Below, piece after piece: positions 19,201 through 27,646 of a stretch of 52,809 nt of DNA (positions are counted from its first letter, which is position 1; each line of letters starts with the position of its first letter). The notes below the pieces were generated by a model. The model made no database searches. It was not told where the DNA came from and was given only the letters and a program-made list of their open reading frames with translations. The stretch spans positions 1 through 52,809 of the IMG/VR virus record IMGVR_UViG_3300030430_003806. One strand, 5' to 3'. This DNA comes from a virus (lineage: Duplodnaviria > Caudoviricetes). The position numbers were made by a program, and so were the translations under genes.

Positions 19201-21961
19201 TAATTTAGCAGGATCAAGAAGTGCTAACAGCCTTCATGTAGGTATGGGTGCTCCTGGAGAAAAAAGTATGCATAGTGCATATTTTGGATCATATGAAAAA
19301 TGTCAAAATGGACAAGTTTTAGGTGGTGGTGCTGCAAAACTTAATAGACATGCGTGGATAACTGATAATATATTTACTTTAGATTGCCCTGATAGTTCTT
19401 TTGGTACATATAGATATGCTACAAAAGAAGGTGATATGTTAAGAATAGATAGTTTGTTAAAACTTACTGATGAATTAAGATATACAGCAGATTTGAATCA
19501 ACCTAACTATCCTTCAGGCTGGTATAGAAACGGAGTAGGTGAAGCAAGTAGTGGAAATACAACAAGCTGGCAATCACCTGATAAGTCAATAGAACTGTCA
19601 CAAGCTTTAAGATTTAGTAGTAAAAGACAAACAGAGTTAAATGAAAAAAATGGAATTTTAATTGGTAAATATTATGTTTATGATCCATCCTGGGGTATTG
19701 ATTTTGAAATATCTGGAGGTAATACTTTTGTTACAAGAGATTTTAGTAACTCTGTATTTAATGTCGCAAACCCTAATAGAGATTACAGGCAAATGGGTAC
19801 TATAGTTGCGGCAAAAGAAATTATTGCAGGCGAAATATTATCAAGCACATTTTTTGAAAATGATGATTCTATGACAAGTGGACAATATTCAGGTTTTTCA
19901 AACAACACATTAGGTTTTGTCGGAGACTATGTTTGGTATGCTCAATTTTCAAGTATAACAAATGACATACAGGCAGGATATGCAACGGCTAATGCTGATG
20001 ATTTTAACTATGATACAATTTCTACAATGCAACAAGGTTTAAGGTCTATAGTCATTGAGGTTGGCAGAGATCTTAATGGTAATACACTTAGTATGTATAA
20101 CTTTCACCCAAGAAATTTAAGTATGATTTTACAAAATCAATCATTTCTTTCAAGACAAGATAATGGGACTTTTTATTCAGATGCAGATCAACAATACAAT
20201 TATGTTTTAGGTAATAGTAAAAGTGCACAAACAATAAAATCTTATATACCATTTAAATATCTATGTTCTATAGTTAGAAAGTCTGTAGCATATGGCGGAA
20301 GTTCAAAGTCGTCCATTGAATCAACTAGATTTATACCGTGTGGTAATTTTCATCCAGTTGTATTTACACCTGGACCAGAAACTATTATGCAGTTTCATAA
20401 TTCTAAAGTATTTGGTGGCGATACATTTGTAAATTTATATTCACATCAAAAAACAAACATACCCTACTCAAGAATTTCATTTGCAAGATGGCAAGTGTTT
20501 CCTGTAGAATCATTTACTAATACAGATATGCGTGGTTTATTATCATTGAACGCAGGTGATACTACACTAGGTACAGATAAAAACTTACCACCATTTAGTA
20601 ATGATTGGGTATATAATTATGTGTACTCACAAGAAAATAATATTAAGTCAGGCTTGATGATAGATGAAGAAAGAACAAATGATCCGCTTGATTTACCGTA
20701 TGAGTTAGCATATTCAAGAACAAAAATATTAGGTGAGCTAGGTGATGCATTTAGAGTGTTTCCTATTAACCAATTCCATGACATGGAAGGTAAATATGGA
20801 CAAATCAATAGAGTAATAAACTTTAAAAATGATATTTACGTATTACAGGATGAGGCATTTGCAAAAGTTTTAGTTAATCCAGTATCTATGATTACAGACG
20901 ATACAGGTTCAAGCTTATTTACTGGTACGGGTGAAACTTTAGAAAACCATCTGTACATAACAACAAAGTTTGGTACACGCCATATGCATAGTGTAACAAC
21001 TAGTGAACAGGCTATATACTATGTTGATAGCAGATATGGTAAAATATATAAATATGATACAGAAACATTAATGTCATTAGGTGATACATTAGGATTAAGA
21101 GCTGCCTTACGATCTACGATCAAAGAAGAAGGTCGTTTGGATTCATTTAATCAAACAGCAATTGGTGATCTATCTCAGGTGCCATTTCAAGTAGGTGCTA
21201 GCAGAAACTACGTGTCTGATAATTATCTAGATTTTTTAGGCATACAAAGTACGTTTGATCATATGAACAAAGAGTTAATTGTCACTTTTCATAATTCAAC
21301 ATTATTAAATAATACCAGAACAAGACCTAGAGGCGTTACTGATATTATTAGCACTACAGTAGCATACAATGAAGGTGTCAATGCTTTTACTTCATATTAC
21401 AGCGCATCACCAAGCCAATGGCTTTTACATGATCCAGCTTTGATACATGTAGGAGATCAATATCCTGTAAGCTCATACTTACATTATGAACAACTTGATA
21501 GCACTTATAGATATAACCCATTACAATTATGGTTATGGGATAGTAACCCCTTAAGAAATGTATACTATCAAGACTCATCAACAGATGAATTACCAACTGC
21601 AGATAAAACTGTATTAGAAAAGGTTATTAATGAGCAGGCACAAGATACAAAGGTTTTTGACAATTCACTAATTCCAATGACAAGTGATGGTGATGGAGGT
21701 ATGGACCAATTTTCTAATGATGTCAAACTATCTTTTCAAACTGAGAACATGAATACACCACAAGAAATAGATAATGCTCTTGTTAAATATAGAGAAAATA
21801 TATTAAGGTATCCGATTCGTGGAAGTGTAGAACATGAAAGCGGTAATCAATTTTTTGGAAGAGCAAGAGGAACATATTGTAAGCTAAGATTAGAAATAGA
21901 AACATCAGAAAAATTTAATATCTTTGCAATAATGGCGAAGTATCGCAAATCTTATAATTAA
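16265..21961 (+). CDS. Tail stabilisation / muzzle protein (P22 gp10-like, crAss-like)
   Basis: 1898 aa; GLVSD...YTDALNIRL, IYWTDNKNPLR, GYQRGEIYRFG, FGGDTFV and RARGTYCKL motifs. Confidence 0.85.
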   Translation: MAQKKQVSKPQGFTHGLVSDPDPRFQIKGSYTDALNIRLTNDTGDTFTVENIKGNTLLIDLFGVQFQSYIDAVGVSSGILETRPDIQNSANTPGASTLIFSEIYADPKTIINNQEVGSNFPSPQNPSPGSGPDLTLTNQTGYQGLFPFFEPGTLPETITNVDSFESIARKNHSNIVGYVSVGKELILIIVVATVKEIKPDLTAIDNPTTRTVFLRLTIDDENKVESVEDLLVSYSFLNGNYPDLNMNIDNPVRVEAIVENESITRIYWTDNKNPLRTLNTRQSGKNLLPPSSLNLTPLVNASQPVLDLTLNGSLPVGTYQYVYKYISANGGESSYSPLSNFYHVSEEGFATSTDYGGSPKGEIGSQGFRIVVEDLDTNFSYIELYALLYEDLNIPPRVGLVDRKLITDGATNVVFNHLEFTNEISNGLEEVLIETNTWDVCKDIAIKDNILFAGNLRQKRNFISEKEWNVKILRHNISSSYSPPVLDQTAMLTSTDPEVPVYFKESSNSPTVKLIPDDDYLLGKLNDGDPAEPQYATRYLQRKMNGNAFSLATKTQDEYRFLDDGMTLGGQSYKFGQNYLGGCRVTFGIKEKVADITTNDGNVPYIESVSNSIDNFQTDNIAGEIIEVGGVLTTQTLINNNTEVTYSASMNLGGNKDPHLAGDQRGYQRGEIYRFGVQVYDLNGSPGNVLWIGDIQTPEMYDLLRMMNVDSVAYDPLQVDSTYLNGDHKIISFDKIKDHRISTVWGHSIPPVACSWFNDNTSVQDSQAKPEAYINADGTRVDTNTDNLNPGLGLNATRKNKWYPGYIANTLPQYPDSLNNYDSRHYLFDLFVNFEFLIPQEVCEKISGFRVVRAERKEIDRRVLQQGLLNQTMKYGRIDQGLQRGYYQDAKFSVDDNENYSGTTDFPFSNATNTDPQFLEYDTFLNGYVGLAENSHIARYEDGITTGKLTVGGVTEGQVYVMQENENQVGFYGSYPYRDNLAGSRSANSLHVGMGAPGEKSMHSAYFGSYEKCQNGQVLGGGAAKLNRHAWITDNIFTLDCPDSSFGTYRYATKEGDMLRIDSLLKLTDELRYTADLNQPNYPSGWYRNGVGEASSGNTTSWQSPDKSIELSQALRFSSKRQTELNEKNGILIGKYYVYDPSWGIDFEISGGNTFVTRDFSNSVFNVANPNRDYRQMGTIVAAKEIIAGEILSSTFFENDDSMTSGQYSGFSNNTLGFVGDYVWYAQFSSITNDIQAGYATANADDFNYDTISTMQQGLRSIVIEVGRDLNGNTLSMYNFHPRNLSMILQNQSFLSRQDNGTFYSDADQQYNYVLGNSKSAQTIKSYIPFKYLCSIVRKSVAYGGSSKSSIESTRFIPCGNFHPVVFTPGPETIMQFHNSKVFGGDTFVNLYSHQKTNIPYSRISFARWQVFPVESFTNTDMRGLLSLNAGDTTLGTDKNLPPFSNDWVYNYVYSQENNIKSGLMIDEERTNDPLDLPYELAYSRTKILGELGDAFRVFPINQFHDMEGKYGQINRVINFKNDIYVLQDEAFAKVLVNPVSMITDDTGSSLFTGTGETLENHLYITTKFGTRHMHSVTTSEQAIYYVDSRYGKIYKYDTETLMSLGDTLGLRAALRSTIKEEGRLDSFNQTAIGDLSQVPFQVGASRNYVSDNYLDFLGIQSTFDHMNKELIVTFHNSTLLNNTRTRPRGVTDIISTTVAYNEGVNAFTSYYSASPSQWLLHDPALIHVGDQYPVSSYLHYEQLDSTYRYNPLQLWLWDSNPLRNVYYQDSSTDELPTADKTVLEKVINEQAQDTKVFDNSLIPMTSDGDGGMDQFSNDVKLSFQTENMNTPQEIDNALVKYRENILRYPIRGSVEHESGNQFFGRARGTYCKLRLEIETSEKFNIFAIMAKYRKSYN
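21911..21926 (+). promoter_or_regulatory. Late promoter motif AAATTTAA-TATCTTTG embedded in the end of the muzzle gene
   Basis: TAnnTTTG at 21919-21926, upstream of ATG 21961. Confidence 0.55.
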
Positions 21962-23529
21962 TGGCATATTCTGATATTATAAAAGCAATAAATACTTATG
22001 GTGGGTTTTACAATCAAGGTAGAGAATATCAAGCTACAAATCCATATTCAAGTTTAGCTTTTCAACCTTCATTAGAAAATATATATGCAGAAAATCCAGA
22101 ACCAATAAATCCTGTAACACAAGCTAGAGAAATGCAAGATGAAATGACAGGAGCTGACAAAACACTTATGGGTTTAAGTCAATATGGATTAGGAGCTGGT
22201 GTAGGTAAGGGGCTTGCATACGCTGAAGGTAAGGCTCCAGAGTTTCTTACAAAAATATTTAAAGAAGCAACACCCACATCATTTAACCCTGCAGCAGCGT
22301 TAGGAGTATATGCAGCAACAAGAGATCAAAACCCTTATGAATATAGTAATGTAGAGCTTGGGGGTGATATAGCTAGTGGGGCATTACTTGGTACACAAAT
22401 AGCTCCTGGAGTGGGAACAATTATAGGTGGTTTAGTTGGTTTAGGTAAGGGTTTGTTTAGTCAAAGTCAGGCCAAGAAAAAAAAGGACAAAGCAGAAACT
22501 AAATTTCAAAAACAATTAGAAAAAAGACAAGACGCTATTAATGAAGCCGTGATTGACCAAAGAGAACAAATAGCTAACATGAATACAGCTTTAGCATATA
22601 GCGATGAAGCTGGTAAATATCAAAATATATATGGTGGTAATTTATCATTTGAAAATGGTGGTATTTTACAAGCTTTTGGTATGCCTATGGATAGTATTAT
22701 GAATAGACAGATATTTGTTGAGTCTAGTTTTGATCCTTTAGCTAGAAGCAAAAAAAACGCTTTAGGACTAACACAGATCATACCTAAGACATTTGAAGAT
22801 ATGAAAAATCGTGGTTTTGTTCCAGAGGGTAAAACCTTTGAAGATTTAAAAACCGATACAGATTTGTCTATGAATTTGCAAAGTAAATATATGGACGCAT
22901 TACTAAATAGAAGTTGGAATCAGACGGGTAGTGAAGAAGTAAGAGTAGCAAAAGCATTAGCAGCATATAATCTTGGGCCAACAGGATTAGTTGATAGGCT
23001 TAATAAATTAAAAGATAAAGGTGTTGATATATATGGTGGTTTGTCATGGGTAGATAAATTACCTGAAGAAACTAAAAATTATGTAAACAAAATATTAGGA
23101 ATGACAGGTGAAGAGTTTGAGCAAGATTACAAAAAAGGGTTTAAAGAAAGGGGCTCAAAGTTCAATGACGGTGGTAGAAAAAATATTGTAGCTGAATTTA
23201 CTGGAAATGAATTGATAGTAAATGATCAAAATGAAGTAGAGGCTGGACTTAAATCTGGTGATTTTAAAAGAGCTGCTGCCCCTATTAGAAGAGCAATGCA
23301 GGGTGGTATGATTACACCAGGCAAAGAAACTCATGTAAAGAATCCTATGCCTGTAGATGCAGATGGTAATATCTTTTCAAAGAAAGGACAATTGAACTTT
23401 CGCGTGCGTGCGGGCGCGGGCGTGTACGACCATGCAACTGATCAGTTTAAGTCTAATATGGATGATAAAGAAATTGCTATGGTTGCACAAAAAAATATAA
23501 ATAAGTGGAAAAAAAATAATATGGCATAA
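21961..23529 (+). CDS. Ejection/cargo protein with a lytic transglycosylase (SLT) domain
   Basis: VESS, ALGLTQI, ALAAYNLG and ETKNYVNKI SLT motifs; Gly-rich hydrophobic segment APGVGTIIGGLVGLG followed by a coiled coil. Confidence 0.85.
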   Translation: MAYSDIIKAINTYGGFYNQGREYQATNPYSSLAFQPSLENIYAENPEPINPVTQAREMQDEMTGADKTLMGLSQYGLGAGVGKGLAYAEGKAPEFLTKIFKEATPTSFNPAAALGVYAATRDQNPYEYSNVELGGDIASGALLGTQIAPGVGTIIGGLVGLGKGLFSQSQAKKKKDKAETKFQKQLEKRQDAINEAVIDQREQIANMNTALAYSDEAGKYQNIYGGNLSFENGGILQAFGMPMDSIMNRQIFVESSFDPLARSKKNALGLTQIIPKTFEDMKNRGFVPEGKTFEDLKTDTDLSMNLQSKYMDALLNRSWNQTGSEEVRVAKALAAYNLGPTGLVDRLNKLKDKGVDIYGGLSWVDKLPEETKNYVNKILGMTGEEFEQDYKKGFKERGSKFNDGGRKNIVAEFTGNELIVNDQNEVEAGLKSGDFKRAAAPIRRAMQGGMITPGKETHVKNPMPVDADGNIFSKKGQLNFRVRAGAGVYDHATDQFKSNMDDKEIAMVAQKNINKWKKNNMA

Positions 23530-25541
23530 TGAGTAGAGAAGAATTTTTAAATCAACCAGGCGTAAAAGAAAAGTTAGAAGAAATTGCAAAAACACATAAT
23601 TTTTCAGTTGAAGATTTATTAAATGTTATAAAATTTGAAACTGCTAATACATATGATACTACTATAAAAAATCCTAATAGCCCAGCAACAGGGTTAATAC
23701 AGTTTTATCCTGATAAAGGACAAACTTATAAAACTATTAATGGAGTTAAATATGAAATGGAGGACATTAAAAACATGTCTGTTCTTGAACAGCTTGATTT
23801 AGTAAACTCATATTTTATTGAGAATCACACAAAAGGTGAACACCCCTATATTACTGTTGCATTACCTGGTAAAGCAGACTCTGGATTAGATGATATAATA
23901 GCAACTCCAAATGATTCTATTGCTAAAGCAAATCCAAGCTGGACTGATAAAGATGGTAATGTAACAAAAAGAAATATTTTAAAAAATGTTTTACCAGAAG
24001 CAGAAATAGACAACTATTATAGTAAAAAGAAAACTGATGAAATGGAATTTGTTGACGTGCCAGAAGAAGATGATCCAGATATACCTTTAGGTAAAATACC
24101 AACAAAAAAAATAGAACCAAACGCTTTTAGTGCTGGCGTTAAAACAAAGCATACAATTCAGGTAGGGCTTGGTGGATTGCGAGATGGCGTTTTTGTAGGG
24201 GGGTTAACAAAGGAACAAGAAGAAAAATTAGAAGAGCTGGGTATACAAGTTTCAAGCAGACAACAGGGTAATGTTGTTATTTATGAAATAGAAACAAAGA
24301 GTTTAAATGAAGCTAATGAATTAAGAAAAAAAATTGATGATACAAATCTTTTTCGTAGTGTTTTTACAAAACACTTTAAGGTAAACAAAGACGGAACTGA
24401 AGATAGAATTTCTGCTGATCAATTGTATAGATTTACAGGTAAAAAATCATATAAATATGATCCTGCAAAAGATGAAAAAATAAATTTACCTGGAGAAACA
24501 CCACCCTTACCAGAAAGTTATGATGATCTTGCTAAAGATTATGATTATGATGCGGAGGAAGCTCTAAAATATGGCTACAAAGCTGAAGATTGGAAAGCCT
24601 TAAATCCTGGACAAAAACAAGACATAAGAAACATGATGGATCCAATCATGCAAATGCTTCAGGAAGAAAAAGAAATGATTGATAACTATTTCAAAGAAGA
24701 AGCAAAACCAGAAGAAGAAACAAAACCAGAAGAAAAAACTATAAATTTAGAGGGTGACATGAAATCTGTAGATGTGCCAGAATCTGATGATAAAGATCCA
24801 GTTGACACAAAAGAAGTTCTTAGGCAGACAAATCCTGAAGAATTCGCAAGATTGTATCCTGAAGATACGCCTGGAAAAAAAACAATAACGGATGCAATAG
24901 GTGGGGCGGCATCATTTGCCGATTCAGCATTTACTACTGCATCAAAAGTATTAGATGGTATTGGAGGTCCAGGAGCATTAGTTTCATATGTATTAGGTAA
25001 AAGAGCATTGAAAGATGCTATGCAAGAAGTGCAGCCACAAAAAAGAGCCGATCTATCTCCATTGTTTTACGAGCAATATAGACAATCAAAAGAACTTGCT
25101 AAACAAGGATTTGCTCCTAATGAAGAAAGAGCAATTAGAGAGCGTATTGACGATGCATATCAAGTAGGATTAGAAAATGCAGTAAGAGGTACTGCAGGTA
25201 ACAGGGCTAGATTTTTAGCACAGTCTGGAGTATTAGACTCTGCTAGATCTTCGGCACTATTAAACTTTGCAGCACAAGATGATCAACTACGTAGACAGAA
25301 TCAAAAAGAGTTTACTGATCTTATGATGTTTAAAGAAAATTTTGATCAACAAAGATCGGAACAACAAAGAGCAGAAGATATGAGATTACAACTGCAAGAT
25401 AAATCAGCAGCAGGTCAATTTGCTGCACAAGCATTTAGTAATGTATTAAGTGGCTTGTCAGGCAACAATGCTTTATTAAAACGTGCATTTGGAAATTTAC
25501 AATCAGGAGGTTTTTCACCAACAAGTATATTTACAGGTTAA
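23529..25541 (+). CDS. Ejection/cargo protein with an N-terminal lysozyme-like domain and a possible SPOR-like domain
   Basis: VIKFET...ATGLIQFYP...EQLDLVNSYF; helical Gln/Ala-rich C-terminus. Confidence 0.7.
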   Translation: MSREEFLNQPGVKEKLEEIAKTHNFSVEDLLNVIKFETANTYDTTIKNPNSPATGLIQFYPDKGQTYKTINGVKYEMEDIKNMSVLEQLDLVNSYFIENHTKGEHPYITVALPGKADSGLDDIIATPNDSIAKANPSWTDKDGNVTKRNILKNVLPEAEIDNYYSKKKTDEMEFVDVPEEDDPDIPLGKIPTKKIEPNAFSAGVKTKHTIQVGLGGLRDGVFVGGLTKEQEEKLEELGIQVSSRQQGNVVIYEIETKSLNEANELRKKIDDTNLFRSVFTKHFKVNKDGTEDRISADQLYRFTGKKSYKYDPAKDEKINLPGETPPLPESYDDLAKDYDYDAEEALKYGYKAEDWKALNPGQKQDIRNMMDPIMQMLQEEKEMIDNYFKEEAKPEEETKPEEKTINLEGDMKSVDVPESDDKDPVDTKEVLRQTNPEEFARLYPEDTPGKKTITDAIGGAASFADSAFTTASKVLDGIGGPGALVSYVLGKRALKDAMQEVQPQKRADLSPLFYEQYRQSKELAKQGFAPNEERAIRERIDDAYQVGLENAVRGTAGNRARFLAQSGVLDSARSSALLNFAAQDDQLRRQNQKEFTDLMMFKENFDQQRSEQQRAEDMRLQLQDKSAAGQFAAQAFSNVLSGLSGNNALLKRAFGNLQSGGFSPTSIFTG

Positions 25542-25543
25542 TT

Positions 25544-27646
25544 ATGTCAGATTTTGGATACTATAGCGCTTTACTAGGACCACTAAAAACGGCAGGTAAT
25601 TTAGGTCAACAAAGACAAAGAAATGAATTGCAAGCGTTTCAATTGCTTAATACTGTTAGAAACCAACAGATTCAAAACTTCAAAATAAATGAAGCATATC
25701 AAAAACAGTTATTGAATGCAGAGGAGGCTGCTAAAAGCACCTTATTTACTGAAGTAGGTCAAGGTCAAAATAAATTTACATATGGTAGAAAAAAAGATGT
25801 TGATGATTTTAGAGCATGGATGCAAGAGAACTCAAGTTTTGAAGATATAAAAAATGTTTTAAGAGAATATAATGGAAATGTAATGAATGCAAAATTATAT
25901 GGAAATTTAGATCACTATATGGCTCAATATAAACAACAATTACAGAATAATCCAATTCAACAAAGAACACAAAAAAATTTACAAAATCTTAAATCTTTTT
26001 ATAAACATGCACTTGATGTAAATGGTAATGCAAGATTACTTACAAAACAAACGCTTCAAAATTTTGATGCATTTACTAAAGGAGAAATAGATAATTTTAA
26101 GTTTCATGGTTTACGAGGAGATTATTTACCTGCTAACGATGATGCGTTTAAAGCAAAATACGGAGAACTAGCAGCAGGACAAAATTTAACTGCAGAAATG
26201 ATAGTAGCCTTGAATCAAGGTGCAATATTGAAAGATATGATGAATGATTATTATGGAAGCGATTTATCACCACAAGAATATCAAGAAAAAGCATCTGCGT
26301 TTACAAATGAAATGATGATTGCTTATGTTAATAAAGAATTAGGCGGTGAAATGTCAGCAACTGGTGTTCAGTATTTTAATGGTGTACCATTGTATGGTGT
26401 TAAAGAACCACAAGTTGCTATGTCTCAAAGAATATACAAAGCTTTAGAATCAATGAAAGCTATTAGCCCACAGACTGTAGAAGATTATTACACTGGTCTT
26501 GAAGAGGGATTAACAACAAGAAATAGATTTACACTTGGTCAAGATGGTGGTGTTTTTGCTGAATTTGAATCTATAGGTGGCGTTGAATCTGGCACTGGTC
26601 CAGAACGTATAGGAAAAAATGTTCCTTACTTTATTAAAAATAGACAATTAGCTGGAACAGATAAAGTATTTGCAGATCCAAACGTAGAGGCTGGTATTAC
26701 TGAATCTTGGGCACCAAAAATAAGGGTAGATGAAAATAAATATATATCTAAGTATAATAGAACCAAAAAAGAAATAGAAGACTTTGATCCTATTGGAACT
26801 TATAACGATTCTGGTACTTTAATAAAACAAGATGATCAAGGTTTGTTTGGAGAAGAAACTAATATTGATGCAAAACTGCAAGGATATTTTATTGGATATA
26901 AAGTATCTGGTAAAGTTAATGGCATGCCTGAAAGTTTCTTGCTTTTTGATAGTAAAGAAAATACAGATAAAATACTTGATAATTATAAAGATAAAGTTAT
27001 AGAGCCTGTATTATTGGCTGAACTTGTAGACAAAGAATTTGCAAATGATTATTACTATAAAGAAGTAGATATAAAAAATGATGTTATAGCATCTGCAATA
27101 GATGAAAAATTCCCTTCTGAAAATCTTAAAAATGCTGCAATAAGTAGAATATCTGCGGATAAACAAATAGAGTTTAATGCAAATCTTGCAGAAAAAACAG
27201 AAAGTCTAAAAAGAAAACTGACAAAAAGTTTAGAGTTACCAGAAGGATCTGATGTAGATCAGTTTATGAATATGTCAGATAAAAATTTATCTGTATCTTT
27301 AAGACTTAATGATGTTCCAACTAATGTTATAAATTCAGTCATGCCTTACATTATTGGTGATTTATATTCTAATGCAAAAGCAGACAGGCAGTATCCTGTT
27401 GTAATGTCAAGAGACGCTAATGGTAGTCCAGTAGATGTAGCTAATAATCAAAATGAATATTTACAGCTATCAACAAAACTATTCTACAATAGTATATCAA
27501 ATCCAAATAATAGAGATATGCTAGAATCTATTAAGCAAGGGCCAAGTGCATATGATCAATGGAGACAAAGAAATATGCCTAAAAAAGATTATAATAAATC
27601 AAAGACAATAATTAGAGATATAGCAAAGTATTATCATACTCAATGA
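25544..27646 (+). CDS. Putative ejection/cargo protein
   Basis: 700 aa between the cargo genes and RNAP; Gln-rich helical N-terminus. Confidence 0.55.
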   Translation: MSDFGYYSALLGPLKTAGNLGQQRQRNELQAFQLLNTVRNQQIQNFKINEAYQKQLLNAEEAAKSTLFTEVGQGQNKFTYGRKKDVDDFRAWMQENSSFEDIKNVLREYNGNVMNAKLYGNLDHYMAQYKQQLQNNPIQQRTQKNLQNLKSFYKHALDVNGNARLLTKQTLQNFDAFTKGEIDNFKFHGLRGDYLPANDDAFKAKYGELAAGQNLTAEMIVALNQGAILKDMMNDYYGSDLSPQEYQEKASAFTNEMMIAYVNKELGGEMSATGVQYFNGVPLYGVKEPQVAMSQRIYKALESMKAISPQTVEDYYTGLEEGLTTRNRFTLGQDGGVFAEFESIGGVESGTGPERIGKNVPYFIKNRQLAGTDKVFADPNVEAGITESWAPKIRVDENKYISKYNRTKKEIEDFDPIGTYNDSGTLIKQDDQGLFGEETNIDAKLQGYFIGYKVSGKVNGMPESFLLFDSKENTDKILDNYKDKVIEPVLLAELVDKEFANDYYYKEVDIKNDVIASAIDEKFPSENLKNAAISRISADKQIEFNANLAEKTESLKRKLTKSLELPEGSDVDQFMNMSDKNLSVSLRLNDVPTNVINSVMPYIIGDLYSNAKADRQYPVVMSRDANGSPVDVANNQNEYLQLSTKLFYNSISNPNNRDMLESIKQGPSAYDQWRQRNMPKKDYNKSKTIIRDIAKYYHTQ

